The notes under the pieces were generated by a model. The model saw nothing but the letters and a program-made list of their open reading frames with translations. It was not told where the DNA came from and did no database searches. The position numbers and the translations under genes were made by a program. DNA of 31,018 nucleotides. Origin: Acidobacteriota bacterium. Lineage in GTDB: Bacteria; Acidobacteriota; HRBIN11. The stretch is from the NCBI GenBank assembly GCA_025061865.1, contig JANXAA010000001.1, positions 1 through 31,018 of the forward strand, written 5' to 3'. Of the stretch, positions 1-8,466 are shown one piece after another. How positions within the stretch are numbered: position 1 is the stretch's first letter; each line of letters opens with the position of its first letter.

Positions 1-344
1 TCCCCGGAGCGGTCGCACACAGGACAGTCGACCGGATGATTCAAGAGCAGAAACTCCAGGACGGACCGACGGGCCTCGACGACGTCCTCCGTGTTTGTGG
101 AGACGACCATGCCGTCTTGGACCGGCGTCGCACAGGCCGGGACGAGCTTCGGAATCTTCTCGACTCGGACGAGACAGATGCGGCAGTTGGCGACGATGCT
201 CAGGCCCGGATGATAGCAGTAGCGGGGAATCGGGATACCGACCTGATCGGCGACTTGGATGATCGTCAGGCCCTCCGTCGTCTCGATAGTCCGGCCGTCA
301 ATGGTGATCGTGACCTTCTTGGGCGCCTCCATCTCTGGCCTCAC
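1..344 (-). CDS. nuoG: NuoG-type N-terminal 2Fe-2S/4Fe-4S subunit (NADH:quinone oxidoreductase G-like), continues beyond the window edge
   Basis: Hand translation of the minus strand from GTG at 344 (GGAGGA 7 nt upstream; in-frame ATG at 332): ...KVTITIDGRTIE...YCYHPGLSIVANCRICLV...LVPACATPVQDGMVV...RSVLEFLLLNHPVDCPVCDRSG. Absent from the ORF track, presumably because it has no stop in the window. Confidence 0.8.
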   Translation of the reverse strand, partial: MRPEMEAPKKVTITIDGRTIETTEGLTIIQVADQVGIPIPRYCYHPGLSIVANCRICLVRVEKIPKLVPACATPVQDGMVVSTNTEDVVEARRSVLEFLLLNHPVDCPVCDRSG

Positions 345-410
345 AGGCGGATTCCTCCCCCAGGGTCAGGGGGCCACGAGTGTTCGGAGTTCTTAACGAA
401 AGCCCCTAAG

Positions 411-439
411 ATGATAAGGGCAGTCAGGCGGTAAGGCAA
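411..439 (-). promoter_or_regulatory. sigma70-type promoter for the nuoG-like gene
   Basis: Minus strand TTGCCT-N17-TATCAT, about 65 nt upstream of the start codon. Confidence 0.55.
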
Positions 440-632
440 TAAGGGAGAACTACTTGGGTGTGTCGGGTAGGAAAGACCCAGACCTTGAGACTTATTTCGG
501 GAGTTCAGTGAGCTTCATCTGGAGACGAAGTCTTCCCATGAATCCGGCAGGTCCTTGGTCTGGAGTCGGTAGTCTCTTTGACCCAACCCTTACCACTTAA
601 GACTTAGCACCTTGGTCTGTCCTTGCTCATGC

Positions 633-641
633 TGTTATAAT
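633..641 (+). promoter_or_regulatory. extended -10 promoter upstream of the ECF sigma gene
   Basis: TGTTATAAT, a perfect TGn-TATAAT. Confidence 0.6.
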
Positions 642-675
642 AAGACTATTGGACCCCCTTCTGGGAAGGCGCCCG

Positions 676-1290
676 ATGTCGACCCCCCAGAAGTCGTCCG
701 ACAGCAGAGACGCTATCGTCGAATCGCCTCCTCTCTCTGAAGAGATCCTGGAAGACCTGCGGGCTCACAAACCGGCGGCCGTGCAGCGATTCGTCGAACT
801 GTACCTTCCCCGTATCTATCACCTGGCCTATCGGATGTGCCGCCAGCTGGACCTCGCTCGGGATGCCGCCCAAGAAGCTCTGACCATCGCCCTCCAGAAA
901 GTCCATCAGTTCCGGGGTGAAAGCCGTCTGATCACGTGGCTCTACCAAATCCTTTTCCGCGAGTGTCTGCGGTCCCGCCGGGAATCGACTCGGTGGGCTA
1001 CGATGGTGTCCTTAGACGAGCGACCCGACCTGGCCGCCCTCTCGAAGTTCACTCTCTCGCCGGGACCCGAGGAGCAGTCCCTTCGGGACGAGGAGCGGCG
1101 TCTTTTTTGGGAAGCCGTCGAACGACTCCCGGAATCCCTGCGGTCCGTGTACCTGCTTCGAGAAGTCGAGGGCCTATCGACGCAGGAGGTCGCCCGGGTC
1201 TTGGGACTCTCAGAATCCAATGTGAAGGTCCGCCTCCACCGAGCTCGCCAGCGGCTGAAGAACTTCTTAGCGAAGGCCGTCAGGCCGTAA
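676..1290 (+). CDS. ECF (sigma-70 group 4) RNA polymerase sigma factor
   Basis: Region 2 (LARDAAQEAL...FRGESRLITWLYQI) and region 4 (LPESLRSVYLLREVEGLSTQEVARVLGLSESNVKVRLHRAR). ATG at 676 follows GGAAGG; the track start at 649 is a TTG. Confidence 0.92.
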   Translation: MSTPQKSSDSRDAIVESPPLSEEILEDLRAHKPAAVQRFVELYLPRIYHLAYRMCRQLDLARDAAQEALTIALQKVHQFRGESRLITWLYQILFRECLRSRRESTRWATMVSLDERPDLAALSKFTLSPGPEEQSLRDEERRLFWEAVERLPESLRSVYLLREVEGLSTQEVARVLGLSESNVKVRLHRARQRLKNFLAKAVRP

Positions 1291-1298
1291 GGCCCATG

Positions 1299-1317
1299 GG
1301 ACCCCTGGCCAGGGTCC
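1299..1317. terminator. GC hairpin between the convergent sigma and ATPase genes
   Basis: GGACCC-ctggcca-GGGTCC with no clear U-tract. Confidence 0.3.
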
Positions 1318-1381
1318 TCTGTACTTCTTCCCCCGAGCGTCCCAGTGCCCTACTGCCCTGTCGTCTTCCTATCTCCCTTTC

Positions 1382-3019
1382 TCACGTCGACTCCAACGGG
1401 ATCAGCCGGGGAAACCCCCGCCGGTCTTGGCCACGGGACTGACGGGGTTCGCCCGCGCCGTTCGACCGGTTGAAGGTCCATGCCCGCTCCCAGTCGGCCA
1501 AGACACTGATGACGGCGGCGCTCGCACCCCCCATCGTGGGACTCAGTCGGCCTGTCGAGATGAAGGGCCATTGACCCTGAAACCCCGGCGGCGGCAGGGT
1601 CTCGTAGACGGCCAGGCCGTCCCCGCCCAGGATCGCCCGCAGGGCCTCCGGGTCACTTCCCAGGCCGAGACCCGGCCCGATGAAGAAGTGAGCCAAGTTC
1701 CGGACGACCTCCTTGTCGGTGTCGGCAACCGACTGGGAAATTAGGAGAAACCCGACGCCGGCCTTGCGGAGTTCCCGGACGGCCCGCCGGACGATGTCCC
1801 CCAAGGGTCCCGGCTGAGTCTCCTGGGGGACGACCCAGTGGGCTTCGTCGATGACGACCAAGACGTTGGCCGGCTCCCCCCGGGCCCACGCCGCCAGGGC
1901 TTGCGCCCGCAGGGCCGCCAGGAGATGCGCCGCCAGAAGGACGTCCTCGGGTCGGGCCGGGTCTAGCCGCAGGGTCCAGAACTCGGACCGGGCTAACGAG
2001 GCCAGAAGATCCTGGACGACGATGCGGCCGGGTGTCTTCCGAAATAGCCGAGCGACCTCCTCGAAAGCCTGCCGAATGCCCCGCAGCGTTACGAGACCCG
2101 GCCGACAGAGGATGTCCTCAATTTCAGCCCGCCGGTCGGGGTCGGCATAAATGTGCCGTAAGGCCCGCCGGAGGGTCGTCACGAAGGCTTCCCAGGACTC
2201 GAGCGACGAGAGGCCTGCCCCCATCCCGGCTAAAGCCCGGACAGCCGCCTCTTCCTTTTCAGCCGTCTTGAACCCCAGGTCCCGCAAGACCCCTCGGAGA
2301 CGCAGGACGTCCAAGAGGAGTGTCGGGTCGTCGAACTGGAAATCCCGCAGGGTCAGCGTACGCCGATTCCACCCCAGGAAAGCGCCGATGCCCTCGAAGG
2401 GGTACCCCCGGATACGGTCGGCCGACCATTCGCCTTGGGGGTCCAAGACGAGGACGCCCCGCAAGCCCCGGACCATTAGGGCAAACACGAGAGCCGCCGA
2501 CAAGACGGTCTTGCCTGAACCCGACCGGCCGAAGACTCCGACATGGACGGCCTCGCCGAAGCCGCGGGCGTCAAACGGCCGGACCAGGACTGGCTCGGGC
2601 ACGCCGTCGTACTCGCCGAGGATCCACCAGCCGGCCCGACCCATCCGGGCCAGGGTCGCCCGGTCGGCCCGGTAAAAGAGCGTCCCCGACGGCAGGGGCT
2701 GGGGAAGCCGCTCGGGACGACCCCCCCGCAGGCAGTAGCAGTAGCGGACCTCCAGGGTGAAGATGTCTCGCCCCAGGGGCAGGCCGGCCCCGTCCTCGGC
2801 GGCCCGATGGGCAAGTTTCTCTTGGATGCCATACGCAAATAGGTAGGGATTCTCGCCGACGGCCGACACGACTCGAGCGAGGACCTCGACGTCAGCCCAT
2901 CGGGCATACAACATGGACCCCAGGGGCGGGAAGGTCGCCCCGGCGACGTGCTTGAGGATGGCCCCCGTGAAGGTCGAGCGGCCCCACAGGACGGCGACGG
3001 GCCTCGACGCACCCCTCAT
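1382..3019 (-). CDS. HerA/DUF87-like (FtsK-HerA superfamily) ATPase with putative N-terminal HAS-barrel region
   Basis: Walker A VGVFGRSGSGKT, VLVLDPQGEW strand, Walker B VLVVIDEAH, then VRELRKAGVGFLLISQS (RK-x-G...SQ signature). GGAG precedes the ATG. Confidence 0.85.
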   Translation of the reverse strand: MRGASRPVAVLWGRSTFTGAILKHVAGATFPPLGSMLYARWADVEVLARVVSAVGENPYLFAYGIQEKLAHRAAEDGAGLPLGRDIFTLEVRYCYCLRGGRPERLPQPLPSGTLFYRADRATLARMGRAGWWILGEYDGVPEPVLVRPFDARGFGEAVHVGVFGRSGSGKTVLSAALVFALMVRGLRGVLVLDPQGEWSADRIRGYPFEGIGAFLGWNRRTLTLRDFQFDDPTLLLDVLRLRGVLRDLGFKTAEKEEAAVRALAGMGAGLSSLESWEAFVTTLRRALRHIYADPDRRAEIEDILCRPGLVTLRGIRQAFEEVARLFRKTPGRIVVQDLLASLARSEFWTLRLDPARPEDVLLAAHLLAALRAQALAAWARGEPANVLVVIDEAHWVVPQETQPGPLGDIVRRAVRELRKAGVGFLLISQSVADTDKEVVRNLAHFFIGPGLGLGSDPEALRAILGGDGLAVYETLPPPGFQGQWPFISTGRLSPTMGGASAAVISVLADWERAWTFNRSNGAGEPRQSRGQDRRGFPRLIPLEST

Positions 3020-3047
3020 GACTGTTCTTCTCCCAATTTGCGACCTT

Positions 3048-3075
3048 ATTTTACTGAACTTTCTTACTATGTCAA
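3048..3075 (-). promoter_or_regulatory. near-consensus sigma70 promoter for the HerA-like gene
   Basis: Minus strand TTGACA-N16-TAAAAT in an AT-rich patch about 30 nt upstream of the ATG. Confidence 0.7.
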
Positions 3076-3149
3076 ATTGTAGGGGGGAGGCCCATTAAAA
3101 CCCACAACATCTTGATTTTGAACCCGCACGGGCGACGGACCCGGCGGGG

Positions 3150-3674
3150 CTATTTAGGGACAAGTTCCGCTTTTTCCCGGCCCAGGGCGGCGTATAGGCC
3201 GCCGACGACCGATACGCCGAGGAGGACAAGGCCCACAGCATACACCAGGTTCCCCAAGGCCTGGTCCCAGCTCAACAAACCAAGTCGGCCGAGGAGGTAG
3301 TTCCAGTCGTGGCCCTCACCTAACAGAGGTAGGACTTGCGCCCGGGCGTCTTTAATGTACACCGAGATGTTGAAGCAGTTTTGGGCAACCCAGAAGAGGA
3401 CAACGGCGGCTGAGTAGACTTGTCGGTGGACGTAGAAGTAGACCACGATGCTGACAGGGACGAGGACCTGCATGAGCGTTCCGCCCAGGACCCCGACGAA
3501 TTCGCCGAATACTCCAAAGATCACGTGTCCCGCCTCATGGAAGATGAGGTCAACGCCGTCGAGGAACCCAAAGTCAGTGGGGTCCTTGGCGCAGACGATA
3601 CCGTAAATCCCTACAAGGACGATTCCGGCCGTCCGCAGGATACGCCGGACGGCCCATGGATCCATTCCGATCAT
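3150..3674 (-). CDS. small polytopic membrane protein with HExxH motif (peptidase M50B/S2P-like), 174 aa
   Basis: ATG at 3674 follows GAGGAGG. Several hydrophobic segments; LIFHEAGHVIFG, GGTLMQ, YIKDARAQVLPLLG, GHDWNYLL. The track's extra 106 N-terminal aa are low-complexity and probably not translated. Confidence 0.75.
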   Translation of the reverse strand: MIGMDPWAVRRILRTAGIVLVGIYGIVCAKDPTDFGFLDGVDLIFHEAGHVIFGVFGEFVGVLGGTLMQVLVPVSIVVYFYVHRQVYSAAVVLFWVAQNCFNISVYIKDARAQVLPLLGEGHDWNYLLGRLGLLSWDQALGNLVYAVGLVLLGVSVVGGLYAALGREKAELVPK

Positions 3675-3730
3675 CGGGACCCTCCTCGGACCCTCTCCCA
3701 TGGGGAGAGAGTCTTGAGACGCCCTGGCTC

Positions 3731-3739
3731 TGGTACAAT
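3731..3739 (+). promoter_or_regulatory. extended -10 promoter facing the TPR-kinase gene
   Basis: TGGTACAAT (TGn-TACAAT), about 400 nt upstream of ATG 4141. Confidence 0.45.
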
Positions 3740-4140
3740 GAGGGGGAGTGCAGGCCTCGGGCCTGGGGCGCAGGTGTCTGGCCTGCGAGAAAGCCGATCT
3801 TACCAGCAGTAGACCCCATTCATAAAAACGCCGAAGATGCCGGGCCTCCGGTCCGGCGTCTTGGCAGGGCCGGGCGGGTCCGGTATGATTGGAAGCGTTG
3901 GGTGTTGGATGTCGGGTCGGAGGGGTGCCCGATAGGGAACACAGGGTATGCGGCGTCGGGGACGAGAGTGGGTTTAGGAGAAAAGAAGGCAAGGAGGTCG
4001 GAAAGCCAGGCTATTGGCAGGCAGGTAGGGTCTTCTGGACTCCTTCTCGGGCCGCCTTCTTGTCTGCTTGCCTTCTATTATTCTCCTGGCTCAGCCCCAA
4101 CCCTCCGACACCGAATATCGCATGTACCATCGGTAGGGTC

Positions 4141-7116
4141 ATGGCGTGGGGACTCTTCGGCAAGTCGGACCCCCGGAGTGAAGCCCGGCGAGCCCTCAAG
4201 GCCGGTGACTTCCGCACGGCCGGCGACCGCTTCCGCATGATCGGGGCCTACGATGAGGCCCTCCAGGCCTACACTCAAGGGAGCTTATTTGTCGAAGCGG
4301 CCATGTTATGCGAGGAGATCGGCCAGTGGGAACGGGCCGGCGACTTCTGGGCCCAAGCCCGGCGATACCGGGAAGCCGGAGAGGCCTATCTCAAGGCGGG
4401 ACTGCCCAATGAGGCCCGGCAGGCCTTCGAGAAGGCCCAAGACTACGGCCGTGCCAAGGAGCTGGCCCTGCGGTTGAACCAGTGGGACCGGGCCGGCGAG
4501 TACGCCGAGAAGATCCGTCAGTGGGGAGAAGCCGCTCAGTATTATTACCGGGCCGAGATGTTCGAGAAGGCGGCCCTCGTGGCTGAACGGGCCCTGGAAG
4601 TCTTGGAGGCCGAGCGCAAGGAACGGGAGTACTTGCCCGAATGGCAGCGCGAGTACCGGACCATCTGTCGGATCGCCGCCCAGGCCTACACCCGGACCCA
4701 GCAACTCCACCGGGCGGCCGAGTTGTACGAGGCCATGGGCGAGTTCAAGAAGGCCCGAGAGGCCTATCTTGCTTGCGGGAACGCCGTTAAGGCCCTTGAG
4801 ATGTCGGTCCGACTCGAGGACTACGTGACCGGCCGGTCTATCATCGAGCGCTACCCCGAAGCTCGAGTCGCCCTCCAGTTGTGCGGGCACGTCTACCTTC
4901 ACCTGGGCGAATTCGCCGAGGCGGCCAAGTATTACATGGCGGCTGGCCAGCCCCTCCTGGCCGCCCAGGCCTTCGACCAGATGGGTCGGTACGTCGACGC
5001 GGCCTTTCTTTATGAGCAGGCCGGCGAGTGGGAACAGGCCGGCGAGCTGTACGTCCGGGCCCAGGCCTGGGACCGGGCAGCGGCCATATACGCCAAGATG
5101 GGAAGTCCCCTCCAGGCGGCCGCCTATTACGAGAAGGCCGGCCGTTGGGAGTTAGCCGTCGAGCTATATGCTCAGGCCCAGCGATACACCGACGCCGGCC
5201 GGCTCCTGTATCAACTCGGTCGGACGGATGAGGCCATCGCCCTCCTCCAGAAGGTCGATCGACAAGACCCCACTTACGTTCAGGGCGTGGCCCTGCTGTG
5301 CCGTCTCTGGATCGAGAAAGGAATGGCCAGCCTCGCCCTTCGGCGGGTCGAGGAGCTAATCGCCGCCAAGGACCTCGACACCGATGGGGTCGAGCTGTAT
5401 TACCTCCAGGGTCGGGCCCTGGAAGCCCTGGGCCGCTTTCAGGAAGCCCTGGCCGTCTACGAATCGGTCGTCGCCCAGGACATGCACTACGCCGATACCC
5501 AGGAGCGGATCCAGCGTCTGACGACACCCTCGACCCCGACGGCGCCCGACGTCCAGACCCATGCACTCGACTTGCGGTGGGATGTCTTGGGCGTCCTCGT
5601 CTCAGCGCCGCACATGACCCTCTTGAAGGTCGTCGACAAACAGCGGAACTCGCCGGCCCTGGTCCAGCGAATTCAGGCCCCCGGCCTGGTCCTTTCCGAC
5701 GCGAAGGCCCGACTCCAGGGCCTGCGAGGTCTGCGGCATCGGTTATTGGCCCTCCCGTACGACGTGACCTCTGACGGGGACGCCCTGTTGGTCTGTGTCG
5801 ACTACGCCGAGGGCGTGAGCCTCCGAGAGTGGCTCCGGACGACCCGGTCAGTCGCTGAGGTCCAGGAGGTCACCCTGCAAATTGCCCAGGCCCTGGCCTT
5901 CTGCCACCGTTCCCAGGTCGTCTTCGGGGCCCTCTTGCCGGAGCATGTCCTGGTCGCCTCCGACCGGTCCGTCAAGCTGGTCCCCTGGGATGTCTACCTC
6001 TCGGCCCTACCTACCGAGATGCCCTACGCTTCGCCCGAGTACCGCACCCGCCAGTCCCTAAGCCCGGCCAGTGACGTTTACGCCTTCGGGGTCCTCCTGC
6101 ATGAACTCCTCTTCCATCGGCTCCCCACCTGGCCCCTGAGCCCCTTAGACTCGCCCGGGCAGCCCTCCGGCGCCTCGGGCACTGGAGTCCCGAGTTCCTT
6201 GGTCCGCATCGTGACGGCCTGCCTCCAGCCAGACCCGGCTCAGCGGGTCGCCTCGATGGACGGCGTCGTCGAGGCCCTGGCGACTATCGACATCTACGAG
6301 GGCGCCCTCATCGATGACCGTTATGAGATCTTGAAGGAGCTCGGTCGGGGTGGGATGGCCCGTGTGTACCTCGCTCACGATCGCGTCTTGGGCGAGAAGG
6401 TCGCCCTAAAGGTTTGGCACTCGGACCTGATGGCGATGGCGGCGACGTCCCATCGGCTCCTCCGAGAGGTTAAGCTCGCCCGATCCATCCTCCATCCGAA
6501 CGTCGTGCGGCTGTTCGAGCTGGGGACTTACCGGGGGGCTCGATACGTCACGATGGAGTATGTCCCCGGTGCCTCCTTAGACGCCATCGTCCGCCGGACG
6601 GGGCCCATCCCGCCCCGCCTGTGGTGGAAGCTGGCTGTCCAGATCGTCGAGGGCCTGAAAGCCGCCCATGACGTCGGCGTCATCCACCGGGACCTGAAGC
6701 CCCAAAACATCATGGTCACCCAGGACGGCCGGGTGAAAATCCTAGACTTTGGTATCGCTGGCGTCTTAGATAGTTCAGACCACACGCAAACCCAGAGCAT
6801 CATCGGATCTCCCAAATACATGGCTCCTGAACAGATCCAAGGCCAACGTCTGGACGTCCGGACGGACCTGTATGCCCTGGGGGCCATCTTCTACTTTATG
6901 CTGACCGGCCGAGAAGCCTTTTCGGCCGAGACGGTCCAGGCCATCCTGACCAAGCAGTTGACCGAAATGCCGCTGCCCCTCCAGCATTGGGTCCCGAATC
7001 TGCCGGGGTTCCTAAACGATTGGGTCCTGAAGCTCCTGGCTAAGCGGATGGAGGACCGGCCCCCGAACTGTACGGCCGTCCTCGAATTCCTGTACCGCAT
7101 TAAGGACAGCCTCTGA
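4141..7116 (+). CDS. cytoplasmic TPR-repeat protein with tandem pseudokinase and Hanks-type Ser/Thr kinase domains (991 aa)
   Basis: About 460 aa of A/Y-rich TPR-like repeats. First kinase fold is degenerate (FGALLPEH, KLVPW, ASPE). Second is intact: LGRGGMARVY, VALK, HRDLKPQN, DFG, YMAPE. Start re-assigned to ATG 4141 (MAWGLFGK). Confidence 0.88.
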   Translation: MAWGLFGKSDPRSEARRALKAGDFRTAGDRFRMIGAYDEALQAYTQGSLFVEAAMLCEEIGQWERAGDFWAQARRYREAGEAYLKAGLPNEARQAFEKAQDYGRAKELALRLNQWDRAGEYAEKIRQWGEAAQYYYRAEMFEKAALVAERALEVLEAERKEREYLPEWQREYRTICRIAAQAYTRTQQLHRAAELYEAMGEFKKAREAYLACGNAVKALEMSVRLEDYVTGRSIIERYPEARVALQLCGHVYLHLGEFAEAAKYYMAAGQPLLAAQAFDQMGRYVDAAFLYEQAGEWEQAGELYVRAQAWDRAAAIYAKMGSPLQAAAYYEKAGRWELAVELYAQAQRYTDAGRLLYQLGRTDEAIALLQKVDRQDPTYVQGVALLCRLWIEKGMASLALRRVEELIAAKDLDTDGVELYYLQGRALEALGRFQEALAVYESVVAQDMHYADTQERIQRLTTPSTPTAPDVQTHALDLRWDVLGVLVSAPHMTLLKVVDKQRNSPALVQRIQAPGLVLSDAKARLQGLRGLRHRLLALPYDVTSDGDALLVCVDYAEGVSLREWLRTTRSVAEVQEVTLQIAQALAFCHRSQVVFGALLPEHVLVASDRSVKLVPWDVYLSALPTEMPYASPEYRTRQSLSPASDVYAFGVLLHELLFHRLPTWPLSPLDSPGQPSGASGTGVPSSLVRIVTACLQPDPAQRVASMDGVVEALATIDIYEGALIDDRYEILKELGRGGMARVYLAHDRVLGEKVALKVWHSDLMAMAATSHRLLREVKLARSILHPNVVRLFELGTYRGARYVTMEYVPGASLDAIVRRTGPIPPRLWWKLAVQIVEGLKAAHDVGVIHRDLKPQNIMVTQDGRVKILDFGIAGVLDSSDHTQTQSIIGSPKYMAPEQIQGQRLDVRTDLYALGAIFYFMLTGREAFSAETVQAILTKQLTEMPLPLQHWVPNLPGFLNDWVLKLLAKRMEDRPPNCTAVLEFLYRIKDSL

Positions 7117-7228
7117 AGGTGTGATCCTACAGGAAGAAACAGTACCGCGCCCCGGTACCAGGTCTCGGTTCGCCTCCATGAACTTGGGACTTGAGACCCG
7201 ACATGCAGGCCCTCTCTGGGGAGACCCT

Positions 7229-7702
7229 ATGGAAGGCAAGCCTGTCACCGAGTCGTTCACGGAAATGGTCGAGATCGCCTTTCCTAACGACGCCAACCCG
7301 ATGGGAACCGTCTTCGGCGGCCGGGTTCTCCAGCTCATCGACATCGCGGGTTCGGTCGCCGCCATGCGCCACGCCCGGCGGTCGGTCGTGACGGCCCGGA
7401 TCGACAGCGTCGACTTTCGGGCGCCTATCCGGGTCGGGGAATTCATCGTCCTGCAGGCGTGGGTCAACTTTACGGGCCGCACTTCTATGGAGATTCAAGT
7501 CGAGGTTTACGCCGAGGCCCCGACGACGGGAGAACGCCGGCACTGCTGTACAGCCCTCTTGACTTACGTAGCTCTCGACGAAGCCGGTCGTCCGGTGCCG
7601 GTCCCACCGGTCTGGCCCCAGACAGAGGTCGAGCGCCAGCGCTATGAAGCCGCTCGGGCCCGGCGAGCCGCCCGACTGCAACCGAGGGAGTCAGGAGTAT
7701 GA
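7229..7702 (+). CDS. acyl-CoA thioesterase (hotdog fold, YciA-like)
   Basis: FPNDANPMGTVFGGRVLQLID...VVTARIDSVDFRAPIRVGE...GRTSMEIQVEV; ATG 7229 follows GGGGAG. Confidence 0.9.
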   Translation: MEGKPVTESFTEMVEIAFPNDANPMGTVFGGRVLQLIDIAGSVAAMRHARRSVVTARIDSVDFRAPIRVGEFIVLQAWVNFTGRTSMEIQVEVYAEAPTTGERRHCCTALLTYVALDEAGRPVPVPPVWPQTEVERQRYEAARARRAARLQPRESGV

Positions 7703-8415
7703 TCCACCGTCTATGGATTCGGTTCCGGCGGACCTTCCTGACAGGCCTGATCGTCCTGATGCCCTTGCTCATCACGGTCTGGGTCCTGTACCTATTCACG
7801 GAACGATTGGACCGCCTCTTCCAGCCCCTGGTGGAGGCCATCTTAGGGCATCCGATCCCGGGCCTCGGAGTCGGCATCGCCCTGCTCCTCATCTTAGCGA
7901 CCGGCGTCATTGCACCCTATTACTTGGGTCGCCGACTTCAGCAGGGGATCGACCGCCTCATGATGCAACTTCCAGTCGTCCGGGTCATCTACGGGACGTC
8001 TCGAAAGATCCTAGAGACCCTCCAAGTGACCCGGGCAATGGCCTTTCAGCGGGCCGTTTTAGTCCCCTATCCCCAACCCGGGAGTTATGTCATTGGGTTC
8101 GTCACAGCACCGGTCCCGCCGGACGTCCGTCGGCTCCTGCGGGAAACGCCGTCGGTCAGACCCGAGCCGGGGGGCCTGGCGTGGGACTGGCGGAGCGACA
8201 CCGACTGGGTCTACGTCTTCATCCCGAACACACCGAACCCGACGGGCGGACGGACGCTGATCCTGCCTCAGAACGTCCTCATCCCCTTAGACCTACCGGC
8301 TAACGCGGCCTTGCGCCTCGTGATGTCTGGCGGTCTCCTGGCTATCTCGGAGGGTCGGCCTGAGACAGGATTGCCCGAGACCGTGTCTCCTAAGACGTGG
8401 ACGCCCAAAGCGTAA
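7699..8415 (+). CDS. DUF502 family membrane protein
   Basis: FLTGLIVLMPLLIT, a second TM helix, LPVVRVIY, F-x-RAVLVPYP, VFIPNTPNPTGG, ALRLVMSGG. ATGA overlap with the thioesterase stop. Confidence 0.85.
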   Translation: MIHRLWIRFRRTFLTGLIVLMPLLITVWVLYLFTERLDRLFQPLVEAILGHPIPGLGVGIALLLILATGVIAPYYLGRRLQQGIDRLMMQLPVVRVIYGTSRKILETLQVTRAMAFQRAVLVPYPQPGSYVIGFVTAPVPPDVRRLLRETPSVRPEPGGLAWDWRSDTDWVYVFIPNTPNPTGGRTLILPQNVLIPLDLPANAALRLVMSGGLLAISEGRPETGLPETVSPKTWTPKA

Positions 8416-8466
8416 CGCCGTGATAGCGTGACGGACCGGCGTCTCCGGCGCCTGGAGTCGCACACC

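Noticed and set aside
36-434. 132-aa plus-strand ORF and the many other overlapping ORFs in the track
   Set aside because: Antisense or shifted-frame shadows of well-supported genes in GC-rich DNA; Arg/Pro/Gly-rich with no recognisable motifs.
676-1290. ECF sigma as a phosphorylation-activated type paired with the nearby kinase
   Set aside because: The region 2.2 motif keeps acidic residues (DLARDAAQE) rather than the Ser/Thr-substituted version, so there is no direct support.
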